Assembly (NCBI GenBank): GCA_964534625.1
Contig: CAZHRF010000021.1
Location: forward strand, 1 to 47,074
DNA from: an uncultured archaeon
GTDB taxonomy: Archaea > Asgardarchaeota > Heimdallarchaeia > Heimdallarchaeales > Heimdallarchaeaceae
DNA: 47,074 nt
Direction: 5' to 3'
Below the pieces are notes generated by a model, which saw only the letters and a program-made list of their open reading frames with translations, had not been told where the DNA came from and searched no databases. Below are positions 10,238 through 20,020 of this stretch, piece by piece (position 1 is the stretch's first letter; each line of letters starts with the position of its first letter). A program made the position numbers and the translations under genes.

Positions 10238-10429
10238 TCATTTATTCTCATATACTCTTTCATAAGTCAAAATTAAATTATCCTTAGTCCCTTTTATTTC
10301 AACTTTGAAAATATCTCCTGGTTTTATTTTGTATTTTCGAACTAGATCAGTTGGTATTGTTATATCTAAGCTATCGGATCCGTAATGTTCCCTAGCCTTT
10401 ACTGTATAGGTCTTATTCATTGTACTCAT
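10238..10429 (-). CDS. AbrB/MazE/SpoVT-family DNA-binding protein
   Basis: SLDITIPTDLVRKYKIKPGD matches the swapped-hairpin signature (xTIPxxxxxxxxIxxGD). Confidence 0.85.
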   Translation of the reverse strand: MSTMNKTYTVKAREHYGSDSLDITIPTDLVRKYKIKPGDIFKVEIKGTKDNLILTYERVYENK

Positions 10430-10470
10430 GAAAGCTCTTGCTGCATCACATTAATTACTTTCTGTAAATT

Positions 10471-11613
10471 ATGCACATAATGTATAATATGTATATAATT
10501 TACAAAAATAACATTTTATGCAGTTTAATTTATCACATGTCTATTTGTTCTTTTAATACTGAGGGTGTTATCATTAATAGAAATGAAGAAAATTTAGACA
10601 AATATATTCAAGCTCAAGGTGATGAAGCATCACAAGATAATTGTAATAAAATTAAAACAGAGCAATTTTACGACTATCTATATCAATTATTAGGTATTGT
10701 TAAGGAGTTGAATATGTCTCAACATATATATTTTCCTACAAATCCTCCTAAAAAAAGAGAATCTTGTGATAATGCAGTATTGTCAGCTGTACTTGCTGCC
10801 AAACTAAGTATTAGCAAACTGAGAAAGATTTACACTCTTATTCAAAACAAAAAAGCTTTAAACCTAAAATTCTTTTTCAACAATCAAAATAGTAAACTTT
10901 GGCCATTTATTCATGAAGAAGTAAGAGAATTTGCTAAATACCTATTCAAAAAAACACCTAAAGGTTTTCGTACCCCTAATGCAGCACCAGGTGAAGGCGA
11001 GCTGATGTTTTGTTTGCTTCATCCAGATATTAAAAAACCTGTAAGAGGCGATATATGTTTAAATTACGAGGGTGATAAAATAATCTTCGAATTAAAGGGT
11101 AAGTTCCCTAGAGTACAAACAAATCAACTTGGAAATGAGTTTAGACGTAAGACATTAGAAATAGCTGATAAATACGGTATCCAACCTAATGAATGTAGAG
11201 CACAAAAAGTTGATTTAGCAGTTGAATTAGAAAAAAGCACATACAAGGACCATTATGATAAACAATTAATAAAACTATCAAAGGAAGAAAGAAAAAAGTT
11301 CATTTGGGAGTGGTTATTAGCAACTAAAGGAATATTTAATGATAAAAAAAAGGTGCTTAGCAATATTTTGGAAAAAGATGGCTATAATCAACTTAACTTG
11401 CAGAAGGAAATAGTAAAATCATTTTTCAGATTCATGTGTGAAAATAATACTTTCACTTCTATGATAGTTTTTTCAGAAGAAGGATCTAAAGTTAAAATAG
11501 TTCCAAATATGCCAGAGAGATTTGATGAGATGATTGATAAAGAAATAATCAAACTTGATTCTGATTATTTCAGAGTTGGTCAAGACTATGTATTAGGTTG
11601 GTACTTTAAATAG
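10471..11613 (+). CDS. Putative type II restriction endonuclease (PD-(D/E)XK); true start probably downstream
   Basis: GEGELMF..RGDICL..IIFELKG motif; directly upstream of and co-oriented with a DNA methyltransferase. Confidence 0.6.
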   Translation: MHIMYNMYIIYKNNILCSLIYHMSICSFNTEGVIINRNEENLDKYIQAQGDEASQDNCNKIKTEQFYDYLYQLLGIVKELNMSQHIYFPTNPPKKRESCDNAVLSAVLAAKLSISKLRKIYTLIQNKKALNLKFFFNNQNSKLWPFIHEEVREFAKYLFKKTPKGFRTPNAAPGEGELMFCLLHPDIKKPVRGDICLNYEGDKIIFELKGKFPRVQTNQLGNEFRRKTLEIADKYGIQPNECRAQKVDLAVELEKSTYKDHYDKQLIKLSKEERKKFIWEWLLATKGIFNDKKKVLSNILEKDGYNQLNLQKEIVKSFFRFMCENNTFTSMIVFSEEGSKVKIVPNMPERFDEMIDKEIIKLDSDYFRVGQDYVLGWYFK

Positions 11614-11698
11614 GAAAATATAGTTAATTTCTATAAGCTAACAAAAGCATTTCAATACCAGAATGACCAAACTTAAATAAAATCAGTCTTCAAAATGA

Positions 11699-13285
11699 GT
11701 GAAAATTATGGGATCTGATCCAATATCCTTTGTTCCAACTCCAGAACCAATTACTAGATTAATGGTATCATTAATATCTAAAAATAAAAATTGTCAAATT
11801 TTAGATACAGGTTGTGGAAAGGGAGCATTTATACAAGCGTTACTTAACGAGAATTATGACAATATTACAGGTATAGAACTCAATCAGAAGTTATATGAGT
11901 ATTGTAATAATCAGTTCAAAAATTTAAAATTAGTCAATAGAGATTTCTTGGATTGGTATCCCTCATCTAAATTTGATTTGATCATTGGTAATCCACCCTA
12001 TTTACACATGAACTCACTACCTGAAAAGGTTCAAAATAAAGTTGAGAAAATAGTTGGAACACGAGAAAGCGACATATATTACGCATTTATTATGAAATCT
12101 ATTGATCTTCTTAAAGAAGGTGGAGAATTAATTTATATTGTCCCTTATGGGTTTATGTATGCTACTCATGCTAAAAATTTACGAGAAAAACTCCTACTTA
12201 ATGGCTATTTTGAATGGATAATTGACTTAGATGAATCTAGAATCTTCAAGAACGAAAATCCTGAAACACTTATTTTTAAATTTATCAAAACAAAAAGCAA
12301 CATAATACCTAAAACTAACATTCTAAGAATAAAAGCAAAAAACTTCTCTGTAGAAGAAATTGGTGAAAATGCCGCTATAGCTTTACTAAATCATAAAACA
12401 AACCAATTCTTTAGTTTCCATAAAAAAAGGTATCGAGATACAGATCTTGTCTGGTCCACTTTCCCAGATAAAGAAATCGAGTTATACTGCAAATTAAGCG
12501 ATATTGCTTATGTAGGCGTAGGTATGGTATCTGGTTATTCTAGAAGCTTCAAAGTAAATAATGGTTTCAAAGAAAAAGTTTCAGATATTGAAAGAGAGTT
12601 AATTGTACCTTTTATTAAGGGAGCTAATTGTAAAGGATATTGGACAGAAGGAACCCAAGATTATATTCTGATAAGTGACAATCTAAAATCTGAAGAAAAA
12701 CTCAGAGAGAGATATCCAAAAATCTATTTGAGAATTGTTGAAAATAAAGAAGAAATGAAAAACAGATATCTATCTAAATCAAAAAAATGGTTTAATTGGC
12801 AAGCACTAAGAAATTATGAAGATCATAAAAAATATTTGAATAGGAAAAAAATTTATGTACCAACACTAGATCGTAGTAAAAAGAATCGTTTTAGTATGAC
12901 TGATGAAGAAGTCATGCCATCAGGAGATGTTTTAGCTATCGTAGCTCTTAAAGAAGATCCTTATTTCTTATTGGGTTACTTGAACAGTTCTTTCTTTAGA
13001 GAATACTATCTTTCAGAAGGGGCAAGAAGGGGACATCGGATATCATATACACAAAAAATAATGTCAAATGTAAAAATTCCACTATTTAGTGATTCTGTGA
13101 AGAAGAACATCATAAATATTACAAAAAAGATACTGAAAGAAAAAAATAAATCCTATAGGGAAGAAATAGATATGATAATCGAAAATGCTTTCTTAGAAAA
13201 AGATTTTGTTAAAACAGAAGATCTAACTATTCAAAAAGAAAAAAATCCTAAAACTGAACAGAAAAAGCTAACTCAATTTTTCTGA
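11699..13285 (+). CDS. N6-adenine DNA methyltransferase, gamma class (TaqI/Eco57I-like), with C-terminal PIP box
   Basis: Motif I LDTGCGKGAF precedes motif IV IGNPPY; TaqI-like C-terminal region (LLGYLNSS); ends QKKLTQFF. Confidence 0.92.
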   Translation: MKIMGSDPISFVPTPEPITRLMVSLISKNKNCQILDTGCGKGAFIQALLNENYDNITGIELNQKLYEYCNNQFKNLKLVNRDFLDWYPSSKFDLIIGNPPYLHMNSLPEKVQNKVEKIVGTRESDIYYAFIMKSIDLLKEGGELIYIVPYGFMYATHAKNLREKLLLNGYFEWIIDLDESRIFKNENPETLIFKFIKTKSNIIPKTNILRIKAKNFSVEEIGENAAIALLNHKTNQFFSFHKKRYRDTDLVWSTFPDKEIELYCKLSDIAYVGVGMVSGYSRSFKVNNGFKEKVSDIERELIVPFIKGANCKGYWTEGTQDYILISDNLKSEEKLRERYPKIYLRIVENKEEMKNRYLSKSKKWFNWQALRNYEDHKKYLNRKKIYVPTLDRSKKNRFSMTDEEVMPSGDVLAIVALKEDPYFLLGYLNSSFFREYYLSEGARRGHRISYTQKIMSNVKIPLFSDSVKKNIINITKKILKEKNKSYREEIDMIIENAFLEKDFVKTEDLTIQKEKNPKTEQKKLTQFF

Positions 13286-13333
13286 AGGCATTTCAACCGT
13301 ATAAAGGAGATAGTTAAAAAAGAGCGAATAATT

Positions 13334-13810
13334 ATGGAAAATCTTGAACCAGCATTATTAATTTCAGCAAACGAAAAATCAGCAAAAGACCCAAAATTCG
13401 GAAATGTAAAAGCACATATTAAACATTTAAACGCCAATGGAATGGTTTTTTGGCAAATTCAACCAACTGGTGGTAAAAAATTAAATAAATTCAAATACCC
13501 AGAAATTAGACAAGGGTATATTTATACTGTAGAAAACCAGAAATTCAGTTATAAATTTAGTATAGACTTCATTAAAGTTTATAGCAATATAAACAATCCA
13601 GAGAGATATGAGTCCTATGTTCCCAGCTGGAGAAAAAGAAACTGGTATTATCAAGAACAAGAAGATTGGGGATATTGGATATTAATTAATAAAATTGAAA
13701 AGCTCAGAAAACTGTATACATATGATACATTCACCAAGTACAGAACAAAAAATAGCTTTGCATCACCGCCTCAAGCATATAGTATAGCAATTGATCCCAG
13801 ATTAGAATAG
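13334..13810 (+). CDS. Hypothetical protein, possible PUA/EVE-like modified-base-binding domain
   Basis: H..HLNANGMVFW, GYIY, YVPSWR, WILINKIEKL and PPQAY pattern; aromatic-rich; follows the MTase. Confidence 0.45.
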   Translation: MENLEPALLISANEKSAKDPKFGNVKAHIKHLNANGMVFWQIQPTGGKKLNKFKYPEIRQGYIYTVENQKFSYKFSIDFIKVYSNINNPERYESYVPSWRKRNWYYQEQEDWGYWILINKIEKLRKLYTYDTFTKYRTKNSFASPPQAYSIAIDPRLE

Positions 13811-13950
13811 ACTAATTCTTGTTCCAGATTCACATATCAGTAGGAAGAACTATTCAAGTGCATATTTCCTCTAGTTTAATAAGTAACACTTATTTAACAT
13901 CGAGACAATGTATATAATTTATATATATGTAAATTTATTTTATTAATTGA

Positions 13951-14763
13951 ATGAATAAGAAAGATAGGATTATTGATGATTTAATAGTTTTAGGAAAAGC
14001 AGCTCCTGACGAAATAAAAGATGGAAGAATCACAATATGTGTTGGTGGATGGTCTAATAAGCTGGGATTCATCCGGATATATCCAGCAAACTTCAAGTCC
14101 AATTTGAAAAGGTGGAATATGGTACGAATACCAGTTGAAAGGAATAGTAGAGATACAAGAAAAGAAAGCTGGAAAATACAAGGTTCAAAAAGCGAATGGC
14201 AATCACTACATGAAAAAATACAAGAAATAGCAATATTGACCAAAAAAGAACAAATAAAACTACTAGAGAACATACCTAAAGTTAATTGCATTGAGGACTT
14301 AAATGAACAAAAATTAAGTTTAGGCTTAATTAAGCCAGATGAAATTTTATCATGTAATTATCGAACTCGAGATAACTACAACAAATCAGTTCAAACCAGA
14401 TTATCTCAATATTTCTTGAATCATTATGATTTCCTTCCAAAAACTAAAAAGAATTATCCTATGATCCCGGTCATCAAATGGAAATGTCCAGGTCCTTGTA
14501 AACTGAAACAAGGATATCATACATCACAAGTAATAACATGGGAAATATATGAGTGGTTTAGAAAAAAAGAAGTCAATAAAAAAACAAAGAAACAATTATG
14601 GGATAATCTGCGAATTAATGATGAAGATTATAATACCTGGTTTTTTGTTGGTAATCAATTTCTGTATCCACGCTCATTTCTAATTATTAGTATTCTAAGA
14701 TTTAAAAAATCGAAAGAAGAATTAATGAAAAAGAGAAATTATAGTTTGGATTCATTCCTTTAA
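13951..14763 (+). CDS. Conserved hypothetical protein of the type found beside DUF488 genes (possible dual-OB-like fold)
   Basis: LGKAAPD..GRITICVGG..GFIRIYP, DTRKESWK, SLGLIKP, WE..WFR, FFVGNQ motifs; convergent with ParB-DUF488 (4-bp overlap). Confidence 0.55.
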   Translation: MNKKDRIIDDLIVLGKAAPDEIKDGRITICVGGWSNKLGFIRIYPANFKSNLKRWNMVRIPVERNSRDTRKESWKIQGSKSEWQSLHEKIQEIAILTKKEQIKLLENIPKVNCIEDLNEQKLSLGLIKPDEILSCNYRTRDNYNKSVQTRLSQYFLNHYDFLPKTKKNYPMIPVIKWKCPGPCKLKQGYHTSQVITWEIYEWFRKKEVNKKTKKQLWDNLRINDEDYNTWFFVGNQFLYPRSFLIISILRFKKSKEELMKKRNYSLDSFL

Positions 14764-16151
14764 AGATCCCAACAAAGAATATTTTCTTCTTTTTCTAACC
14801 AATCAGCTATAATATGACGATGACATCGTATTGGACTTATTTCTGTACAAAGAAATATAGGTGTTTTATCCTCTTTTAGTATATTTAATACTTGTTGCTT
14901 TAAAGGTTCTAATAAAATTTCATTTTTATAAAGATCCCACAATTCTTTTTCACTTATTTCTTCGGAGAACAACCTCTTTCTTAGATTTTTAGATATGCCC
15001 AGCTTTTTCATGTGTATATAATCAACACCTATTTCAGATAGCCCATTATTTAAGTTTGATTTGTTAAATTCTGGTTTATATCGTGAATAGGGGGTATCTC
15101 TCGCATCAACCACTACTAGATTCAGCTTTTGATTCTCCTTTTTCAATCTATTTAGAATATCAATCATGTCTTCTAAATGTTTTCCATCAGTACCAATTGT
15201 ATAAGCTTTAATCTGATCCACAAATTTTAGAACATTCCAAGTATTCTTCTCAATATATAATTGAGATCTGGTGATTTTATCGATATGTTTAACAGTTGAT
15301 TTTGTTTTCTGTTCCCTCTTTACTGGCGTTGTTAAAATTTGGTTGCTTATTTGTTCTTCATCTTCCATTACATTAATTGCATAACCTGTTTTTCTATCTC
15401 CTACTACTTCAATGGTAGATTTTGTTTGTAATATAGCCTCTCTTTGATTTTTATCAAGTTTTTTGATTTGAGAAATAAATTTACTTGCTTGTGTACTACC
15501 CATTTTATCTTGTTTAATCTTTTGATAAGTTTTCTTTTGTAATTCAGGTTCTTTTATTGTAGAAACTCTAGCAACTACTTGATCGGAAACCCTTTCATCC
15601 TTAGGGGTTTCTATATGTTCTTTTATAACCTCCTCATTAGCTGAAATAGACTCCAACCAAGATCTTATTGTGCGATAACTTTTATTTACTTCTGAACATA
15701 TATTAATTATTTTCTGGACATCAGAAGGAGCTACTCCTCCACTATACTTTACCTTATCATATTTGTGTATTGCACTTATAATCTCATTTATTGATTTAGT
15801 GATTCCTCTTGACTTGAATACCTCCATCATTCCTCTTCCCTTTTCTATCATTGATAAATCCGTTCTATGTACATTTTCAACCAATGATTGAATTCTTTGT
15901 TCCTCTAATGTGACTTTCTTAACAAAAGCTTGAATTTTCGTTAAACCTACTAATTGTGCAGCTCTCCATCTTCTTTCACCAGCAATAATCTCATAGGTAT
16001 CAGAACCATTTTTTATCACGTGAATGGGATTTAATAATCCATGATCCTTTATTGATTGTGCTAATTCTTCCAATTCATCCTTTGTGAATAACTCTCTTGG
16101 CTGGAATACACTAGGGTTGATTTTATTAATGGGTAATTCAACTAACTTCAT
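14760..16151 (-). CDS. ParB N-terminal domain-DUF488 fusion protein
   Basis: ParB: FQPR, SIKDHGLLNPI, IIAGERRWRAA, LVENVHRTDL. DUF488: YTIG, VVDARDTPYSR..EFNK..L, YIHMKKLG, LCTEISPIRCHRHIIA. Confidence 0.85.
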   Translation of the reverse strand: MKLVELPINKINPSVFQPRELFTKDELEELAQSIKDHGLLNPIHVIKNGSDTYEIIAGERRWRAAQLVGLTKIQAFVKKVTLEEQRIQSLVENVHRTDLSMIEKGRGMMEVFKSRGITKSINEIISAIHKYDKVKYSGGVAPSDVQKIINICSEVNKSYRTIRSWLESISANEEVIKEHIETPKDERVSDQVVARVSTIKEPELQKKTYQKIKQDKMGSTQASKFISQIKKLDKNQREAILQTKSTIEVVGDRKTGYAINVMEDEEQISNQILTTPVKREQKTKSTVKHIDKITRSQLYIEKNTWNVLKFVDQIKAYTIGTDGKHLEDMIDILNRLKKENQKLNLVVVDARDTPYSRYKPEFNKSNLNNGLSEIGVDYIHMKKLGISKNLRKRLFSEEISEKELWDLYKNEILLEPLKQQVLNILKEDKTPIFLCTEISPIRCHRHIIADWLEKEENILCWDL

Positions 16152-16160
16152 AATCTCACT

Positions 16161-16379
16161 TTAGGAATTTTTGATTAAATCAATGGCTATCTCTTGCCAA
16201 GGTACTTGTTTAATCTCCCATTGATCCTCAGTAGTATTTACACTTAAAAGTTTGGAATTATCACCAGTACCTGCCTTTACAATAGTTTTCATTTGCTCTA
16301 TAGCTTCTTCTTTATTGATGAAAATCCACTTTTCATCTCCACCATCTAAAACATAGAATTTATTACCTTCTAACTTCAT
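16161..16379 (-). CDS. Small hypothetical protein (72 aa) in the ParB-DUF488 operon
   Basis: ATG start overlaps the upstream stop (ATGA); ends 9 bp before the ParB-DUF488 start. Confidence 0.7.
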   Translation of the reverse strand: MKLEGNKFYVLDGGDEKWIFINKEEAIEQMKTIVKAGTGDNSKLLSVNTTEDQWEIKQVPWQEIAIDLIKNS

Positions 16380-16522
16380 TTTTTATCACTCGTCTTAAGG
16401 TTGTCATTATATTCTCTAAGTAAAAAACGTAATGTCTCATCAAAAGACCTATGACCTTTTTTAGCCCTTAATATATCTAATTCTTGATGAGTTTCAGGAT
16501 ATATTTTTAACGTCTTTTTCAT
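16376..16522 (-). CDS. Ribbon-helix-helix / antitoxin-like small DNA-binding protein (48 aa, below the ORF-track cutoff)
   Basis: Translated by hand: MKKTLKIYPETHQELDILRAKKGHRSFDETLRFLLREYNDNLKTSDKK; beta-strand/helix/SFDE-helix pattern; GTGA-type RBS upstream; ATGA overlap with the next gene. Confidence 0.75.
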   Translation of the reverse strand: MKKTLKIYPETHQELDILRAKKGHRSFDETLRFLLREYNDNLKTSDKK

Positions 16523-17374
16523 AACATCACTTGCACTTCAATTATTCTTTTTAATAACTTTACTACTTTTACTACATGGTATAATACGTATAGTATATAA
16601 AGTCACGGTATTTATGAAAAATACATTCTGAAAATTTTGTATCAGAAATACAGATTAATCAAACAAAAATACAAGATTCTCATATGGTTATGTATTCCCT
16701 CCCTCTTTTTATCTAGTGCCCGATATTGTTCAAATAGTATAATTCGATAATTTTTTCAAATAGTGTGATTAATTTACACACACAGACAAATTTAGATAAA
16801 GACTTTCATTTGTATTCTGCGAAATATAAAGAGGCTTAAGAAAGTATAAGTTTATTAGAACCACCTTATGAAGATTTTGCTAAGATGAGTTTTTCTTTAT
16901 AAAGGTGGTATTCTTGGAAGTAATTCTAAGTAGAATTAAAAACATATTAATAACATTTCCAGACTCGAATATATAAACTAGTGAAAAATGTACAGTTATT
17001 CTTAAGGGTTTAAATATAAAATGGTTTTTAACAGAAAAGTTGATAACAACCATCAAACGCAATGTGATTTATCTGATCTAAATATAATTACTGAAGAAAG
17101 GATATCGTAAAACATTTTAAAACATCAAAAATGGGTTTCAATCATTGTTATGTTTGCTACTATATAAAAAGAGTGAAAGAGGGATATGGGAGAAAAAAGC
17201 CACAAGGGTTGAAAATAAACAAGAAGAATCTTTAAAGAGAAGCAACAATTAATGAAGGATGACTATGACGTAGGTCTATCTTCATATATCCCAAGTGAAC
17301 GTAATCATTTGGGCGACAAATACTTTATTCGAACAAATAGTTCTTACCACATACATTTCTACAATTTTTTCATA

Positions 17375-19042
17375 CTATAAGGTCCCAAAACTTTTGATTG
17401 ATTGTTCAACTTTTTCTTCGAATTTTTCTATATCTTCTGTATTGTAGGTTCCCCCTATTTTTGCATGATCTAGTTTCGATAATTGACACTTCAATTGAAC
17501 AAAAAACTCCCCATCTGCTCTATGTGATTGAAACACATACTTGGAGATGAGTTTGCTTATTTCTTTTTGAATTTTGTCTGAGTGTTGAGCATACTTGAAA
17601 TATAGGTCAAAAACAATATTACTTATATATTGCTTAAAATTGGCAGGTATTGTTTCAGTAATTAGTACATAATAAAGTGATTGAATTATTGTTCTTGCAC
17701 ACTCTTTAGTTATTGGGGTTGTTGTTGGTTCTTCTGTTTCTTCGATAGGGTGTTTTTCATAATTTTGATATCTTGTTATTAAGCTTAGTAAAGATCTCAA
17801 ATTTGAAAATATTTCATATATTAGTAGAGAATATATATTGGGAAATTCATTTTTTCTATTATCCTCACTTACTCTTTTGTAATTTTTACAAATTTCTATT
17901 ATAAATAGAGCGTAATAGTATATCCACATGCCATTGGTTGTTTCCTGAACTATTGCTTTTTGTACCATAATATAGAAGAAACGAATACCAACAAAAAGGG
18001 GATCTGAGTATTTTTCATTATCGCTATAACAATAATTTTCACTATAATAATTGTACTGATATCTATCAATTTCTGAATCTTCAAGATAATGTATAATATA
18101 TTCGCCTACTGGTTTCCATATAGATAGAGACTTTGCTATTTTTATGTCTTCAAATAATACACTAAGCAAAGTGTTCTGGTTCTCAATGACGTATCTTTCT
18201 GGGTCTTCTTTTGATAAATATATATTACGTCTTATCTCTTTATATAGGATGCTATTTTCTATATCTATTAAATCCTCCAAGAAATAATGTACAAACTCTT
18301 CTCTTGTTTCGTGATTTAGGTGGCTGGGAATTATTTTAATACCTAAATCTGGTTTGTATTTTGCAACTTGTCTGATAAAACTTGGTTCTAATATGATATA
18401 TTCAAAATACATTATTATCTGATCGAATTGATTCTTTCTTTTTTTTATACAGTTGATAATCAGAGAATAGATCCATAGCTTCACTCTTGCACTTTTAGAT
18501 TCAACATCCGATTTATTTCTCCGCTCTAAATATCTAAATAATCCCCTTGTATTTGGGTCTATTCCATATATTTTGTCTATTTTTATTTGCAATTTGTATT
18601 TAATACTGTTACATTTTTTGGCTTTTCTTGAAACTACATTAAAATAATCCCAACTCTCATCAACAATGGTTAGTACAGTCAAAACATCTTTATAGTTTAA
18701 TAAATCAAGTACAATATTGTAATAATTATTTATGTTGCCTACCTTAACATGTTTTTTTAATAAGTAACAAGAAAGTATGATACTAGATATAATAGTTAGG
18801 GAAACACCAATGAACTCAATTAAAAACAATAATTCTATGTTGAAATTGGTTATAAGAATCGATTCATAATGATATTCTATATAGCTATGACTAACTGATA
18901 ATATAGTTAAAATGATTAAGGCACCAATGATTATTTTTGTCAGACAAGATGCAAACCTTAGTCTTATCCTGCGATATTTCGGAACAGCACTATATATTGC
19001 GATGATTGCACTTATTATCGTTATGGTAATAAAAGCATCCAT
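17375..19042 (-). CDS. Hypothetical protein with 3 N-terminal TM helices and a large helical soluble domain
   Basis: 555 aa ORF; hydrophobic segments within the first ~95 aa; motifs WKPVGE, DPLFVGIRFF, MWIYY. Confidence 0.7.
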   Translation of the reverse strand: MDAFITITIISAIIAIYSAVPKYRRIRLRFASCLTKIIIGALIILTILSVSHSYIEYHYESILITNFNIELLFLIEFIGVSLTIISSIILSCYLLKKHVKVGNINNYYNIVLDLLNYKDVLTVLTIVDESWDYFNVVSRKAKKCNSIKYKLQIKIDKIYGIDPNTRGLFRYLERRNKSDVESKSARVKLWIYSLIINCIKKRKNQFDQIIMYFEYIILEPSFIRQVAKYKPDLGIKIIPSHLNHETREEFVHYFLEDLIDIENSILYKEIRRNIYLSKEDPERYVIENQNTLLSVLFEDIKIAKSLSIWKPVGEYIIHYLEDSEIDRYQYNYYSENYCYSDNEKYSDPLFVGIRFFYIMVQKAIVQETTNGMWIYYYALFIIEICKNYKRVSEDNRKNEFPNIYSLLIYEIFSNLRSLLSLITRYQNYEKHPIEETEEPTTTPITKECARTIIQSLYYVLITETIPANFKQYISNIVFDLYFKYAQHSDKIQKEISKLISKYVFQSHRADGEFFVQLKCQLSKLDHAKIGGTYNTEDIEKFEEKVEQSIKSFGTL

Positions 19043-19381
19043 GTTTAATTCAATTCAAACTGGAAAATAATCTTTATAACTTTTTCATTTATATCATACC
19101 TTCTCAACTAGTATTTTGTATTATAGTAGAAAAAACATGTTGTATTTAACATTATATCATGTATCTGTTTACTTTTGCTTAGATAAAAAGTTCTTAAGAA
19201 GTTTTTAGTAATATGTTGCTAATACCCCATAAATGGAGCAAAAAGGGAAAATTCAATTTATAATATAGCATAAATAAATCTTATAGAGTCACATATCTTG
19301 AGTATAGTGATCATCCCTCAAAGATCGCATATGGAACTTTGTTAGAAGGATGAATTGTTGAGATAATCTATTATATCCCCT

Positions 19382-20020
19382 TTAAACCACGAAATAGTTC
19401 TTTTTTAATTGTTCCTTCATTGAATCCTTAAGCAATGTTCTCTTTTTGCCAATTATTTTATTCTCCCTATATTTTTTTTCCAAAAAATCTAAGAAGGATA
19501 TAAGCGTTATAACATTGGTGTTTGGTTCATTAAAGGAATAGCGCTTTTTTTCTTTGAGTGAGAAAATGAATGAGGTTCCATAGCTAAGTAAAAGATTATA
19601 GTCTGTTGTATCATATCGAATCCAGATATTCTGAATATTTTGTGTTTTAACAATTAAAGGTATTTTTTGGTTAATATCAATAGAATATGTAATGGGATGT
19701 TCTTGTTCCTTGGATTTTATTTCACCTGTTAATGTTGAACTTTCTTTCTTTGTTCTATACTCAAACCAGATGTTTCCAATACTATTTGTAATTTCTTCCA
19801 TCGTTCTTATCTCAATAGATTTTGCCAATTTCACTAGTGAATGATACTTTTTTTTATTATCTTGCTCTAGAAATGCATTAAAAAAAGCAATCATCTTTTT
19901 CTTAATTTTGCGTCTAGCATATACATTCCGTTTAATATCGTTAAAAAAAACTAAAATGACTGCAAAAGCGAAAGAAATGGCAGATCCAATTATAATATTC
20001 CAATCCCAAGTAAAGGACAT
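19382..20020 (-). CDS. Hypothetical single-pass membrane protein
   Basis: 212 aa ORF with N-terminal TM (IIIGSAISFAFAVILVFF) followed by a basic patch. Confidence 0.65.
   Translation of the reverse strand: MSFTWDWNIIIGSAISFAFAVILVFFNDIKRNVYARRKIKKKMIAFFNAFLEQDNKKKYHSLVKLAKSIEIRTMEEITNSIGNIWFEYRTKKESSTLTGEIKSKEQEHPITYSIDINQKIPLIVKTQNIQNIWIRYDTTDYNLLLSYGTSFIFSLKEKKRYSFNEPNTNVITLISFLDFLEKKYRENKIIGKKRTLLKDSMKEQLKKNYFVV

Noticed and set aside
14760-16151. Plasmid or chromosome partition (parABS) locus
   Set aside because: No parA, replication gene or parS-like array is visible, and ParB is fused to DUF488.
16880-17340. 60-aa minus-strand ORF and coding-like fragments on the + strand
   Set aside because: Multiple stops and no recognisable family; possibly a decayed gene, but unsupported.
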